In this document: positions 1 to 13,457 of the stretch, piece after piece
Layout of the letters: each line of letters begins with the position of its first letter
Position numbering within the stretch: position 1 is the first letter of the stretch
DNA from: Mytilus edulis
Lineage: Eukaryota
Assembly: GCF_963676685.1 (NCBI RefSeq)
Contig: NC_092348.1
Coordinates: forward strand, 31,186,001-31,250,000
Reading direction: 5' to 3'
Length of the DNA stretch: 64,000 nt
Position numbers and translations under genes: made by a program
Notes under the pieces: model-generated
The model's database searches: none
The model's input: only the letters and a program-made list of their open reading frames with translations
Told to the model about the DNA's origin: nothing

Positions 1-174
1 GAGATTACAACTAAAAAAAAACTGTAGCACAAAATTGTTCATCCCAGCACCCTCCCCCCCCCCCCCCCCCCCCATCTCCCTTTCCCCAATAATCACAAAT
101 GGTAGCCCTAAGCAAACGTCGATCACTCTATAGACCCTGAAAGGCGGCTTGATTGGATAAAACGAGTACAATCA

Positions 175-340
175 GGAATCTAATAAGTTTTGTCACTATT
201 CTTGTTTTGACATTAAAAAATGTTTGCAGTAAAATACATTACATAGAGATATATAAAAAACAATGAACGTTTCTCTCATTTCGCCATTAGATTATGACCT
301 GATTCAACTAACGTGAACAGAATAATTTCAAGGTATGTTT
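175..340 (+). promoter_or_regulatory. Putative core promoter and non-coding exon 1 of paralog 1
   Basis: TATATAAA at 250-257, donor AAG|GTATGT (GT 333-334); the whole block is duplicated upstream of paralog 2 (about 3350-3510). Confidence 0.6.
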
Positions 341-1373
341 TACGAATTTATGTATGATATATTATACACAAAACTAGACAACTACTAGTAACAAAATCAG
401 ATCATTTCTATGTATAATTTAAGTGGTAAGCTACAGGATTCTTTAGTTCTATTAAATTGATGACCACGTTTTTTCGGTAAATAGCAGTTTAAAATTAGTA
501 ATAAGTGATAAAAATACAAGACTTTTAGTATATATCCAGACATCGAGCATACATTATTGTGCCTGTTTCGCGTTAGAAAATTCGTCATGCAATGGTCACC
601 TCGTATCATGTCTTTATTATGGGTTTATTATTTTGGATGAAGGGTGGGAGGGGTCGTTATTTTAGAACTAGTAATACTGGTAGATGACCAGGTAGTTTGA
701 TATTACATACCTTGACCCTTTCGAACCCCAATTTATCATTTCGTGGTGCTCAGTGCTCTTCAACTTGCCGTTAACTACTACGCTAAATTTAAATGATGTG
801 TCTAGTTAAAAAAAAATACATTTAATATGTAAAATATGCGTGGACTAATTTTCAAAACAATTATCATAAAGCAGGTATACTGTTTTCTTGCCATTTCATA
901 AAATCATGAGCAATAAGAAAACTAAATGAGGCCAAAAGTCATAACATTGAATAAGAATTACACTGAAACCGGAATATATAAACAATTTTTATAAAACAGT
1001 CGAAAAATTCTCAAAAAAACTTTATTGAACAGTAAAACAACAAACATAAAGGTCCAAGAAAACAGTTATATCGTAGTGAATTTATCTAATATAAAAACAA
1101 ATATTGGTTACAGTGAAGTGAATAAATATCGGGACACAATTATATCAAAATTATAGAAAAGTACAAAACTGTCACGCTAAAAAGAACAATTGTATGTAGA
1201 ATGAGTGTATAATATAATAGTTTGACAGCTTAAGATCTCGACACACTAATTGTTGACATTTTCAACTTGGACGAGATCACTAATTTATCTACATGTAAAC
1301 ATTATTCTCAACTGTTCATGCATATTTACAACTACTGCATCTTTTTATATATTTTTTTTCAGTTTAAGCTAGG

Positions 1374-1637
1374 ATGAGGATTTCCAATCTTTTAACTGCT
1401 ATAGTCTGTTTCTTTTTTTACATAACTTCTATCATGGCTCAATTAAATGTCGACATTTCTGGTGGCGGCGGCGGTGGCGGAGGAGGCGGTGGTGCTCCAG
1501 GCGGAAGAGGAGGAGATGTAATTACAAACATAAGAATCAATGGAGGGGGAAGATTCTTTCGTGGTGGAGGTAATAATCAAGGTGGAAAAGGAAAAGGAAA
1601 AGGACGTGGTAAAGGTAAAGGAAGAGGCTTTGGTTGA
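1374..1637 (+). CDS. Secreted Gly-rich cationic protein, paralog 1 (87 aa; one poly-Gly module; GK/GR tail)
   Basis: Signal-peptide-like N-terminus (..TSIMA|Q); module NVDIS-G11-AP-GGRGG-DVITNIRI shared with six paralogs; acceptor tttttttcag (AG 1361-1362) just before the ATG; AATAAA at 1706-1711 followed by a GT-rich tract. Confidence 0.9.
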   Translation: MRISNLLTAIVCFFFYITSIMAQLNVDISGGGGGGGGGGGAPGGRGGDVITNIRINGGGRFFRGGGNNQGGKGKGKGRGKGKGRGFG

Positions 1638-1897
1638 AAGCGACGAGGTCAGTCAAGATTAGAAATGACTTATTTTGTACTTTAAATGAATTCCTGTAGA
1701 AACTAAATAAAGTGCTCTATTGTTTTGTGGTTGCTTTGTGGTTAATTGACTGTTGTTTCGATTAGTTTTATTGTTAGGGGGTGTTTTAGTGCTTTTAGAC
1801 TGAATTCTTAGGCATTTATACACATTCATTGCGTTCGATCTTCTTTCAGTCTCTTTCTATCAAACGTCAGTATTCAATTGTGTTCTGTCTCGTTTAA

Positions 1898-2498
1898 TGG
1901 CATACAATACAGTTACAGCGGAGGTAATGACGTTGCTAACGTAAGTTGTTATTTTCGCGACATCATCTATGACTTATCGGGAAAATATTCAGTTTTCGAC
2001 TAATTTTTATCACTCAAACTTATTTAACTTGAAAACGAGTTCATGGACCCCTCTTTTTTAAAATGCCATTTGGTTTGTTTACGTAAGAAGATGGTGTGTG
2101 CCAATTTTCATCTAAAACGTAAATAGTGCAATTTTTTTAATTTTGATAAAAAAAATATATAGCAAAAAATATCGTTTTTTTCTCAATTCATGAACATTTG
2201 ATAAATATGAGTTATTTCTGAATAAAAAAATGCATAAATTTTTAGGATACTTACAACATACAGAAATTACATATTATTTAACAAAAAACAAATTGTGTTT
2301 ATCTTTTAAAACAAAAAAGTTACGTCTTTGTTTCGAAATGGATAATACGGCCACAAATCCGAATTTTGAGCAAATATACAAAATTTCGACCTCATTTTAC
2401 TCAAAAAGTAGCACATGAAGGTACATTTTTTATTACATATTTGATTTAATCAGGTAAAAAGTAAATGTAAATCAGGATCAAAACTGTATCGTATGCCC
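1898..2498. mobile_element. Non-autonomous TIR element with TTAA target duplication (Kolobok/piggyBac-type target)
   Basis: ttaa|tggcatacaatacagtt ... aactgtatcgtatgccc|ttaa. Confidence 0.7.
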
Positions 2499-3009
2499 TT
2501 AACTGATAATAACTATTGGTCGACTCGGGTCGGTACGGTAATATTGTTCCTTATATGCCGTAGTAAGTAGTTTCTCCTGTCCGGGTCATATACCTAATTT
2601 AAAATCTCATTGTACCCAATAGAACTTTAGCAAAATTATAAGGCAACCAATCAAAACCGTACATCTATATATCCATTTGGTGTGACGGCAAAGTACAGTA
2701 AATTGATCATCCGTTACGATAGACAAACACAGCTGATCTGCAATGTATACCAACTACTTGCTACGGTACATTATACACTGTGTCACAACCCTAGTTAAAT
2801 GCGTTACAAAATACAAGATGAACGAAAGCTATATAACAAACAAGAGACCATATGACACAGAAATTAACAACTATAGGTCACCGTACGTCCTTCAACAATA
2901 AGCCAAACCAATACCGCATAGTCGGATATAATTTAAAAGGCCCCGAAATGACAATGTAAAACAATTCAAACGAGAAAAATAACGGCCTAATCTATGTTGA
3001 TTATAACCT

Positions 3010-3200
3010 TGTTGTTCCAGTGGTCGTAATTAAGCCCTGTGTAAGCGGTGTTGCCCTTATGTTTCAGATGCAGGGGTTCGATTCTCACTAATAAAAGAAA
3101 AAAAATTGGCTAATTTAAAATTGTAGATCTAACATGACTTTGCTATTTTAAGACGAATTTTAAATACATTATGGTGTTTGTCCTGTATAATCACAGGACA
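3010..3200 (+). mobile_element. Possible decayed tRNA-derived SINE
   Basis: Pol III B-box-like GGTTCGATTC at about 3076-3085; no cloverleaf recognisable. Confidence 0.3.
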
Positions 3201-3349
3201 ACGTCTTTCGGAGATTGACAAAAAAGCAACAGTCTTTTTGTTCCTTGACGTTTTGAATCCAGGGACACTGACATAAATCTAAAGTGAAATAGAGTACTTT
3301 ATATTATTATGTTACATACTATGATCGCTCGTTTAACCCTGATATCATT

Positions 3350-3510
3350 TGGAATTCATTAAGTTTTGTCACTCTCCTAGTTTTGACATTAAAAAATGTG
3401 AACAGTTTAAATACATCATACTGAGGTACATAAACAATAAATGTTTCACTCATTTCACCATTAGATTATTTTAACTGAGGTGTCAACAATTTTAAGGTAT
3501 GTTTTACACA
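3350..3510 (+). promoter_or_regulatory. Putative core promoter and non-coding exon 1 of paralog 2
   Basis: Homologous to 175-340; TACATAAA at 3427-3434; donor AAG|GTATGT (GT 3497-3498). Confidence 0.55.
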
Positions 3511-4012
3511 TTTATGTATTGAAATGTATACACAAAAATTAACAATGAACATAATCCGTTTATTTTTCTAGATGAATTTAAATATAAATCAGTTCAATTA
3601 AATTGCTGGCCCTTTTTCTTATTAATGACACGCATTAGTAAAAAAAGGGGGAGTAGATAAAGAAGACACGTTTTGACCCAGCCAACTAGTACACACGAGT
3701 ACAAACCCGTGCGAGCGCAGCTTGAAGACTACTTGAAATTTGTAAGATGATACATGTTTGGCTTTAATATAAGCAGTGTTTGGATTTATAGTTTTAACGA
3801 TGATTTTGTGCATTGTTTGGACCTAAAAGCTTGAGTAAACTCTTGGCCATTACCTAGGATACAAAATAGTCTGTGACCAAGAGTTGCCCCAAAACCTTTG
3901 TGGACCTTTAGTAACGATCACAAATAAATTATGCTAAAAACTGTTTAGAATAATTAAAAATTAGACCCAAACTGAAACTACAACACAAAACTTACTCCTT
4001 TGGGTATACGTG

Positions 4013-4569
4013 AATGATAAAGCAACTCAACGACAAAATTAACATGTGCACAAAATCTGTTTTACACCGCCATATTTATATATTAAAATGAAGATAATTA
4101 TGTGGAATGATTATGCGTATACCTAGTCAGAAGTGGTTAACTTGTCATCAATGTGTTACATGTTTAATTGTTTCAAGCACAGACCCAACTGTTGGTGATA
4201 TCTTTTCAAATGTTTATATATTATGTTTCAGACTATTCCTTTTAATATTTGCTATATGGTATGGGCTTTGTGCGTTGTTGAAGGTCGTACCGTCAATGAT
4301 AAAGCAACTCAACGACAAAATTAACATGTGCACAAAATGTGTTTTACACCGCCATATTTATATATTAAAATGAAGACAATTATGTGGAATGAGTATACCT
4401 AGTCAAAAGTGGTTGACTTGTCATCAATGTGTTACATGTTTAATTGTTTCAAGCACAGACCCAACTGTTGGTGATATCTTTTCAAATGTTTATATATTAT
4501 GTTTCAGACTATTCCTTTTAATATTTGCTATATGGTATCGGCTTAGTGCGCTGTTGAAGGTCGTACCGT
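4013..4569. repeat. Tandem duplication of about 280 bp in the presumed intron of paralog 2
   Basis: aatgataaagcaactcaacgac.. starts at 4013 and 4295; copies nearly identical. Confidence 0.9.
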
Positions 4570-5399
4570 GATCTATTGTTATTTACATCCTCGTTAAGTG
4601 GTCTCCGGTGAATAGTTGAATGTTGGCAATTATACAAACATTGTTTTTAGAAAGAACATTTTAAGGGCAACATAGAGTCATAAACACTAAGTCAGACGTC
4701 TTTAATACAATTTGACTTTTTTACTATAAATTAAAATGTATTTCATAATATAGCATTACTTAAAAATGATTTTTTTTTATGTAATGTTCGTATGTTTGTT
4801 TATTCGATAATGTTCTACTATTTTGCAATGTTTTTGTATAGTGCGATATTGCAGCGGCTGGTCAAATTGTTAAACATAGTGTACAGTACTTCGGAATGAT
4901 CTAATTGTCCAAAACCTAAAAGACTCATAAACTATATACGTAGGAACTACTAAAAAGGGGGAAAAACCAAATTAAAGTGTAGTTTTTTAATGTTTAAATA
5001 GAAGGTAACCCTATTGAAAAGAATCCACATACAGCATTTAAGGACATAAACTTTAGACAGCTTATACTCATTTATATGCGCGGACTTACATATTGGGAGA
5101 ATGCAGAGCAGGAGACGCTTACCCTGTTGACGAATATGGTACTGTCTTTCTCATTGTGTTAATAATGCGATTCTCTAAATTTTTGTTTACTACCTTGATT
5201 TTTAATCTTTTATGACAATTTATGAGATTCTAACATCGGTAAGCAACTGCAACAGTATCTATCTGAACAAGTAATAAAATACAATAAGAATGCATGTACA
5301 TGTAGCATTGATTAAGACTAGCAGCTTAATTTATAGAAAATGATGAAATGTTTACTACTACTGCATCTTTTTATGTTATTTTTTTTTCAGTAAGCTAAG

Positions 5400-5729
5400 A
5401 TGAGGATTTCCAATCTTTTGATAGTTGCAATATGTATCATATTTTACATTACTTCTATCATGGCTCAATTTAATGTCGACATTACTGGTGGCGGCGGAGG
5501 AGGTGGGGGAGGCGGTGGCGGTCCAGGCGGAAGAGGAGGAGATATAATTACAAACATAAGAATAAACGGAGGTGGCAGATTCCTTCGTGGTGGAGGTAAT
5601 AATCAAGGCGGAAGAGGTAATCAAAGAGGGAATGGAAGAGGAAACGGAAGAGGAAATGGAAGAGGAATTAGTAGAGGAAATGGTAGAGGAAATGGACGTG
5701 GTAAAGGTAAAGGAAGAGGGAGAGGTTGA
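5400..5729 (+). CDS. Secreted Gly-rich cationic protein, paralog 2 (109 aa; one module; (GRGN)n tail)
   Basis: Closely similar to paralog 1 at protein and DNA level, with 22 extra codons of GRGN-type repeats; acceptor AG 5389-5390. Confidence 0.9.
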   Translation: MRISNLLIVAICIIFYITSIMAQFNVDITGGGGGGGGGGGGPGGRGGDIITNIRINGGGRFLRGGGNNQGGRGNQRGNGRGNGRGNGRGISRGNGRGNGRGKGKGRGRG

Positions 5730-6208
5730 AAGTAGTGAAGTCAACAATGAAAAGGTCACCCGTGTATGACTTTAAATTACAAAATTTTGATAAATTGGTG
5801 TAGATACTGATAAAGCTTTAAATTGTTTTTGTTGTTTTTTGTTGTGTTTTTTTGTACGGTTTCTTTTTTTTTTTTTTTTTTATTTGCTGTTGTTTTTTTT
5901 TTGGCACAGTTATTGCTTTCGATCTTCCAATCATATTCTGCCACGTTATGTAAGCGCTAAACGACATAATTTGACCGACATCAAAAGGACTGTTGATAGG
6001 TATTCGAAGATGTTCAGAAATTACGGATTTTATATTATTTTTTTAACTTGTAAGAAAACATTTTCATAAAAAAATCAAAGAAATAAAAATAATGTTCACT
6101 ACATTTTTGTGTACAACGATGTTTCATATTTTTAAACGGAACATTATCAGATTTGCAAAATTGTACGAAGTGGAATCACATCAAGTTGTTCTATATAATT
6201 CCGTTTTA

Positions 6209-7664
6209 CCGCAGTCCCCACTAGGCCACGATCGCACTACGGTCTGTGAAAAAAATGCAAAATTTGATGATCGTAGTACGATCGTGAAGATCGCAGTATG
6301 GTCGTATCACGGTCGTGGTGTGGTCTTCAAGATAGTGATGAGCGTGGCCAACTTTGAACATGTTTAAAACAATCGTGGTGCGATCACGGTGAAATAAGGT
6401 CGTAGGAGAAGCGTATTGAGAGCGCAATAAGATCGTAGTAAGATCGCAAAGGTCGCTGTACCGTCATAGCGAGAGCGTAGCGAAAGCGTGATTCTATTTG
6501 GAGAGACTGCGCTACGATCTCACAGCGACGTTATTACGACCTCACTACGACCATCACGCTTTCACCGCGACCCAACTACGCTTCCACTTTGACTATACCA
6601 CGCTGTTCACGACCATAGTACGATTCTAGCACGCCCTTGCCGTCCCCTTCTTACGACCTAACCACGTTTATACTACGACCATCATTCTCATTGTCATTTT
6701 CACATAAAATATATTAAATCTCTCCATGTTTTGTTTGTCGGTATGTAATTAGGACTTCTTGTCCATTTTCTCTAACGGCTAGACCATGCTTCTCGTTTTT
6801 ATATAGAATAGACCGTTGGTTTTCCCGTTTGAATGGTTTTACACTAATTTGTTGGGCCCTTTATAGCTTGCTGTTCGGTGTGAGCCAAGGCTCCGTGTTG
6901 AAGGCACGGTACCTTGCCCTTTAATGGTTTACTTTTATAAATTGTTACTTGGATAGAGAGTTGTCTCATTGGCACTCATACCACATCTTCCTATATCTAT
7001 TGACACATCTGTGTCATATCTGATATCGTTCATTAAAATATCGTCATTTGAGCATTATGGACCAGCAATAGGTTGTAATTTAGGTTGGATTGGTCGGTCC
7101 GACATCTCTACTTGATCAGAATTCGTTACTATCAGATCTCCCTCTGCATCTTCATCAACCCCTACCACCACGCCCACGTGTTCTAGTAAATTTTGGTGGC
7201 ATGACTGTATTGTTTCCGAGAAATCTACGTATTAATCAGAAATAGAAGGAATGGAACTCTATTGATTTGGAACACGTGGTTGGCGTTATTGCTGTGAACT
7301 TAGTAGAGATCGCGGTTCGAACTTAGTATAATTGTGGTAAGAAAGTGCTATAATCGCAGTAGAAGCGTGGTAAGATGATGTTGAGATCGTGTTGCAATTG
7401 TATAGCTCTTGGTGTGGTCGTAGTGACAACGTGATGAGCGTAGAAAGATCTTGATGAGCGTAGTGAGGTCGCAAAATAAGCGCGGTGAGAACGTGGTATA
7501 ATTGTAGCGGGATCGTTGTAGAAGCGTAATGAGGACGTAGCAGCATCGTGAAACGACAAAAAATAACAGTTTCATGCCGCTCATACCGCGACCTCACCAC
7601 GATCTGAATTTATTTTTCGATCGCGGTAAGCGTGGTGCGATCGTGGTTTAGTGTGACTGGGGCT
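6209..7664. mobile_element. Non-autonomous DNA transposon (Harbinger-like termini) with CGTAG/CACGA-rich subterminal repeats and a nested repeat at about 6800-7000
   Basis: TIRs cagtccccactaggccacgatcgcactacg / cgtggtgcgatcgtggtttagtgtgactg; TTA/TAA flanks; superfamily assignment tentative. Confidence 0.65.
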
Positions 7665-8196
7665 TAACGGATTATACCAGAAACGTAACTGTATCGTGTA
7701 CATATATATAGTCATTTGTTCTCGATAGTAATCAGTTCTCGATAGGAATGCGCGTGGATAAAAAATAAAGAAGTTCGCAAAATCGCACATGTTTTCTATT
7801 TGTCGGTAATTCAAGGACAAAATAAAAACTAGCTTCAAGCATGCAATAATTTCAACATTTCAAGTTTTCAGACATTTTACAACAGTAAAAATAATATTTT
7901 CCGATTTTAACCTACTTTTCCTTATTCCCAAAACAACCCTAACTTCATCCCCTCGGTTTATACATAGCACGTTTTCAAATGTTAACAAAACTTAGCTCGA
8001 AAAGAAGGTCAAGTCCACATAGTATTACGTAATACACAATTGTAAGATGTGGTGTGACGTCGCTATGGAAAAAAATCTATGGAATATTCAATGCATATTT
8101 TTGTCCTTGAGTGATAATTCCTAGGATATCGGTTAAAGATGCCTTAAATGATCGATAAGGCTAAAATTCATTAAAGAAATATGGTTCTAGAGGCAA

Positions 8197-8450
8197 ATGA
8201 TTTTCGCACATCACGTGTTTCTGTACTAGCCTTCGTCAGGTACATTACAGATTTATGGAAGGCCACAAATGTAACTGTATACTATGATTTTCGCGCGCAC
8301 ATCACTTTTTTCTGTACTAACCTTCATCAGGTACATTAGAGAAGTACGAAAAGCCACAAATATAAGTATATACTATGATTTTCGAGCTCAGATCACGTGT
8401 CTCTGGAATAACCTTCTTACGGTACATTAGAGAAGTATGGAAAGCCACTA
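8197..8450. repeat. Three tandem units of about 88 bp
   Basis: atgattttcgc..ggtacatta..gccac repeated three times. Confidence 0.75.
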
Positions 8451-9018
8451 ATCTGAAATGCCAAAGAGCTCAAAATGATTACTTGAACAGAACAATCAAA
8501 AACTGTCTAAAACACAATTCCCAGGGAAGGGAGATTTGAGCGCTCACAAACATGTTTAACCCCGCAACATTTTATATGTGCCTGTCCTAAAGTAAGGAGT
8601 CTTTTATTCAGGGACTGTTGTTTGTTCGTGTCTGTCATCTTTGTTCTACGTTTTTTGTTTTTACACACAAAAATAGTTAACCGTACCAGATTCTATATGT
8701 GCGTTCAAAAGTAAGGATACTGTAATTTAGGGATAGTCGTTGGTTGCTGTCTTTCATATTTGTTTTTCGTTTATTATTTTTTACATAACACAGACCGTGG
8801 GTTTCCTCGTCAGAATTACTTACCAGTTTATCATGTATTCATGTTTATTCATATAGCTGACGATATGATACTGGTTTTGCTCATTGTTGAAGGCCGTGCG
8901 GTGATCTATAGTTTCTTGAATCCATATTATTTGGATTCTGGTGAACACATATCATTTTTATATGGTCAACTTCAAATGAACAACTGGCAAATATTGTTGA
9001 TTGATTTGGGGTATGAAT

Positions 9019-9153
9019 CAGTGGCGGATCCAGAACTTTTCCTAAGGGGGGGGGTCCCTCCAGTCATGCTTCAGTGATTCCCTATATAATCAACCAAATT
9101 TTTCCTAGGAAAGGGGGGCCCGGGCCCCCAGCACCCCCCCTGGATCCGCCTAT
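9019..9153. mobile_element. MITE with GGCGGATCCAG terminal inverted repeats
   Basis: cagtggcggatccag ... ctggatccgcctat, flanked by the direct repeat atgaat. Confidence 0.75.
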
Positions 9154-11019
9154 ATGAATGAATTTCCACGTCACAAATCCATCTTACTATGATGATTTCC
9201 TTATAGTTATGATGGTGACATGTAATGAACATGTATTTATTATTTGTTGACGTTGGCAGTAATCATGTTGTATTTCCTTGTGATGGATTTGACATTAATT
9301 TATTTCCTCGCACTTGTTTGTTATTAGTTCAGACGTGAACGACCGACCATTGGTGAACCAGGTAAATATTGTGTTTTTTGTATTATAATTAATGATTCTT
9401 TCTACACATTTTATCAAGAATATAAAAATAGGCTGTAGTAACTTACATGAGCGTCAAAACAATGTGATATCGAAGATTAAATTTGTTTCACGCTTTTATG
9501 ATAAAGTGAACATTTTTACCACGAGAACAGATACGTACACAAAGACATATTAAGTATACATACTAAAATATGCAAATGAATTTGGTAAATGCAAACGACG
9601 TTTAAAATCACAGGCGCTCGGTGATTATGGACCCCTTGTCTTAATACTTATTTTTGTTGTATTTTATCTAAGAATATATTCTGTGAAAATTTAACCTTAT
9701 TTTCACTTATTTAATGTGTTCTTGCGCTTTTATAAACGATATTACAATGATGATAGTTGTTTATATAAAAAAAAAAAAAAAAAAAAAAACTCCAAGGCAA
9801 ATTCAAATAGGGAAGTCCAAAAAAACTGATAAAATTAAAAGCTATCAATTAACCAACAAGTAACGTAAATTTTGACCCTCTATCATTGTTTTCCAGGGTC
9901 AAAATTTATAAACTACTGTTATTGTAATATCGTATAGAAAAGAGCAAGAATACACAAAATAAGTTAAAATATCACATTAACTAAAAACAAAATTAAAAAA
10001 AATATTTAGAGAAAGAGGGGTCACTATCCAAGCGTATATACTCCAAAATTCTAATACATTTGTGTACGTATAAAGAACTTGGTTCTCCCAATGATCTTTT
10101 TTTCCTATATAATATATTTTATAATGGAATGTATTATAAGTCTGGTGCGATAATTATAGAGATCCAGTGCTATTTGAAAATCCCACAATACGACTTGTTT
10201 ATGAAAATACTGCAACCTCAGAATAAACATCCTAGCAAGCTTAAGAATGGATATACAATCAGGATCAGGGAATCTTTGACCTTTACAAATTGAATCAATA
10301 TCAAAAACATCTCAAACTTGAAGAGCATTGCAAAGTTACTTTTTTTAAGTTAAATGTTTAACAAACAATTTGCCTACATTACTGGGTAATGATTGATTGC
10401 TAGTTGTTTTACGCCGAGTCAGCACTCTATAATATATCATTAACCTTATATTTAGGACAGCACCAAAAAATCTGATGAAAATAGCTTCGAGTAAAGATGT
10501 TTAATTTATTAAACTCCTGAAAGTCTTACTTATATTTTTGGAAATTCAGATGAGGTCAAACATTCTATATATGTTATGTCTACTGGACTATTGAAGAAAT
10601 AATACTGCAGAATTTTCAAAGTTCATAATTCTGAATATACCATGAAATGTTACATTATGATTTATATTTGTCATTTTATTCTTTGGAAATGGGACACCCC
10701 CGCTTCACTGAAAAACAACAGGAAATTATAAATGTAATGTAGAAAGTCTCAAGGGAATTTTGTATTAATCAACCAAGACGTTTATATGAATCCAAATGAG
10801 TAACATACATTTTTGTAAGTTATGCTGGATGCTTAAGCGTTATTTTCTGTCAAAGCACTTGTTTTTGAAAGCAACATTAAAAACATGATGTAGAGGTATT
10901 AGATGGTTTGGGGATATATTTCATAGCCTGATTCCTTAATAATTGTCTTTATACATTATTTATGAAAGACAATCTTCTATTCAACATGTTTAAATGATGA
11001 TGAAAAATATATTTAGTTA

Positions 11020-11225
11020 ATATAAAAAAGAAGATGTGGTATGACTGCCAATGAGACAACTCTTCACATGAGACCAAATGACAAAGAAATTACCAACTTT
11101 AGGTCACCATACGGCTTTCAACAATGAACAAAGCCCATACCGCATAGTAGTCAGCTATAAAAGGCCCCGAAATGACAAATGTAAATAAATTCAAACGAGA
11201 AAACTAATGGCCTAATTAATGTACA
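11020..11225. mobile_element. Representative of the most abundant interspersed repeat (aagatgtggtatg..gccaatgagacaact..ggccccga)
   Basis: Related copies near 2830, 6800, 19135, 27945, 29235, 36005, 38975, 51470, 54370, 55085, 59080, 60525, 61810 in both orientations, mostly sharing one fixed end. Confidence 0.75.
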
Positions 11226-11712
11226 AAAAGAATGCACGAAAACATGTTTAACCCCGTCACATTCTTTTTGTGCCTGTCCCAAGTCAGGAGTCTGTTATTC
11301 AATTATTATCATTGATTGTTGTCTCTCATATTTATTTTACGCTAATTCATTGTTCATAATTTCAGACCGTTAATTTTATGGTTTGAAATATTTTCACATT
11401 TTGTAATGTTTGGGCCTTTTTATAGCAGAATACTTGTGTCCAGTTTGGGTTTTATTCATTGTTGAAGGCTGTACTGTACGGTCACTTATTATCCTAGATT
11501 TTACGTCATTATGACTCTGCTGGATAGTAATCTTGGTGGCCATCATACCACGTTTTTTTTTATATATTAACATTAACATTTCAACTTTGCATTACAAAAC
11601 AACAAATAATTTGATGCATGCATGGTTCAAAATACACTTTTAGAATAAAAAAAAAACATAACCCCTCCTCAAAGTTAATAGTCCCTCATTTTGTTGTGTT
11701 GATATCATTAAA

Positions 11713-11882
11713 CAGTGTAACCTGCCTAATCCGACACCTGAGTATTCCAACATCTTGCTTTAACCGACAAATTTTCATGGTCCTAAAATATGCATATCCT
11801 TGCAGAAAAAACCTGACTACTCCGACGACCTGCTTTATTTTTTTCTGGTCCCCCAGTGTGTCGGATAACACAGGTTACTCTG
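11713..11882. mobile_element. Tc1/mariner-type MITE
   Basis: cagtgtaacctgcctaatccgacac ... gtgtcggataacacaggttactctg|ta. Confidence 0.65.
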
Positions 11883-13457
11883 TACATGATTTATTGATTG
11901 CTATTTGCATTATGTCCAATGGTAAATATTCCATTGTTAAGAACGTGAACAATAAATACATTAGGTAGGATGACCAGGATGAAGTGGGGAAGGAAGACTA
12001 GGACTGCCAACTGTCTTGAAACTTACAGAACCTCAAAGTTGTTGCAACGGATCTTTATCATACATATGTCAGGCACTATCTCTGCACGAAGCATCGGATT
12101 TAATCCTCCTCATTCTGACCCCACGTTCATGATACGTTTATATGAATTCAAAAATCCAAATACCATATGCATTTACTAAAAAAATGTTTTATTTTAAAAA
12201 GAGGGCAAATGAAGCCAGGGTTAGCTTACTCTGTGAGCGAACGGTTGTCGGGCAAACATGTAATGTTTGAAAAATAAAACCTATTTCATGGTTATAGGTT
12301 ACTAGTATGTGTAATATTTTTACTTTATGAATCAAATTGAATGAATGTTTAAATTAAGGGAAATGGGATTATTTTCAAGTAAAAGAAATATTTTACCAAA
12401 TTGGTTTTGGCGAAGCCAAGGTTGGCAGTGTCTTTTCGAAGGGGTAATTATCTGCTCTATCCCCCTCTCAGATATGTGTTATTTAATATATTATACTGAA
12501 TGTTCTTTTATTACTGTCTATCTAATTTCAAATACAAAGTTATAAGCCATGAACCTTGTACATAACAATCATCCGTATTTTGAAAGATAATAGAGTATTT
12601 ACCATGGAAAAGAGTAAACTTGTGAAGCGGTGACCAATTTCCGAGGTTATGTTATAGTAAACAATAAACACATGTCTAGTCTGTCTACTCATCAAGGCCT
12701 TTACTTTTAAGAATTCCTATTTATGAAAAACAATTCACGGAGTTAGAAGCACAACAATATATAAAATAGTTAAAGTTCCCTTACTGGTAGCAAATTAAGC
12801 TCCGTGTAGTTGATCTGTTAAAATTGAATGACGCCTGGGTAGACTTAAAAGAGAGCTTAAAGGGGATAACCAAACTCATTAGTTGAAAATAAAAAGATAG
12901 AATTGAGAATGGAAATTGGGAATATGTCAAAGAGACAACAACCCTACCAAAGAGCAGATAACACAAATGGTCAAACATGAAAAAAAACGACAAACAGACA
13001 CACAACAGTTAAAAAACACATCATAAAAAACTAAAGACTTAACAACACGAACCACACAAAAAAAAACAAACTGGGATGATCTCAGGAAGGGTAAACATAT
13101 CCTGTTCAACATGTGATATCCGAAATATTTGCCTATATACTTCTACTAGATGTCATATCATATATCAAAGCAATAAAAAGTAAAATCACAAAAATGCTGA
13201 ACTCCGAGGTAAAATCAAAACGGAAAGTCCCTAATCAAATGGCAACATCAAAAGATCAAACACATCAAACAATTGGGTAACAACTGTCATATTCCTGACT
13301 TGGTACAGCAAATAGAAAGAAAAACTAAAACAATCTTTCATAATGTCCATTGTAAATGTGTATACTTCAGACATGTTTTCAAATCAGTTCAAGTTATAAT
13401 GTGAGATTTCCCTTATGTCTCATCAGTTCTGTTGAATTTTTTTTTCAGTGAAGGGTT

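Noticed and set aside
51-73. Poly-C tract as a functional G-quadruplex
   Set aside because: Simple homopolymer, probably part of a repeat end; no further support
3010-3095. tRNA gene
   Set aside because: Only a B-box-like motif; no cloverleaf
4107-4571. Pair of near-identical ORFs (IPSQKWLTCHQC)
   Set aside because: By-product of a 280-bp intronic tandem duplication
5572-5769. Acidic overlapping ORF (EEEMEEE)
   Set aside because: Alternate-frame product of the GRGN repeat; no independent support
6092-7600. Several overlapping ORFs in a CG-richer island
   Set aside because: They lie in the subterminal repeats of a non-autonomous transposon; no transposase motifs
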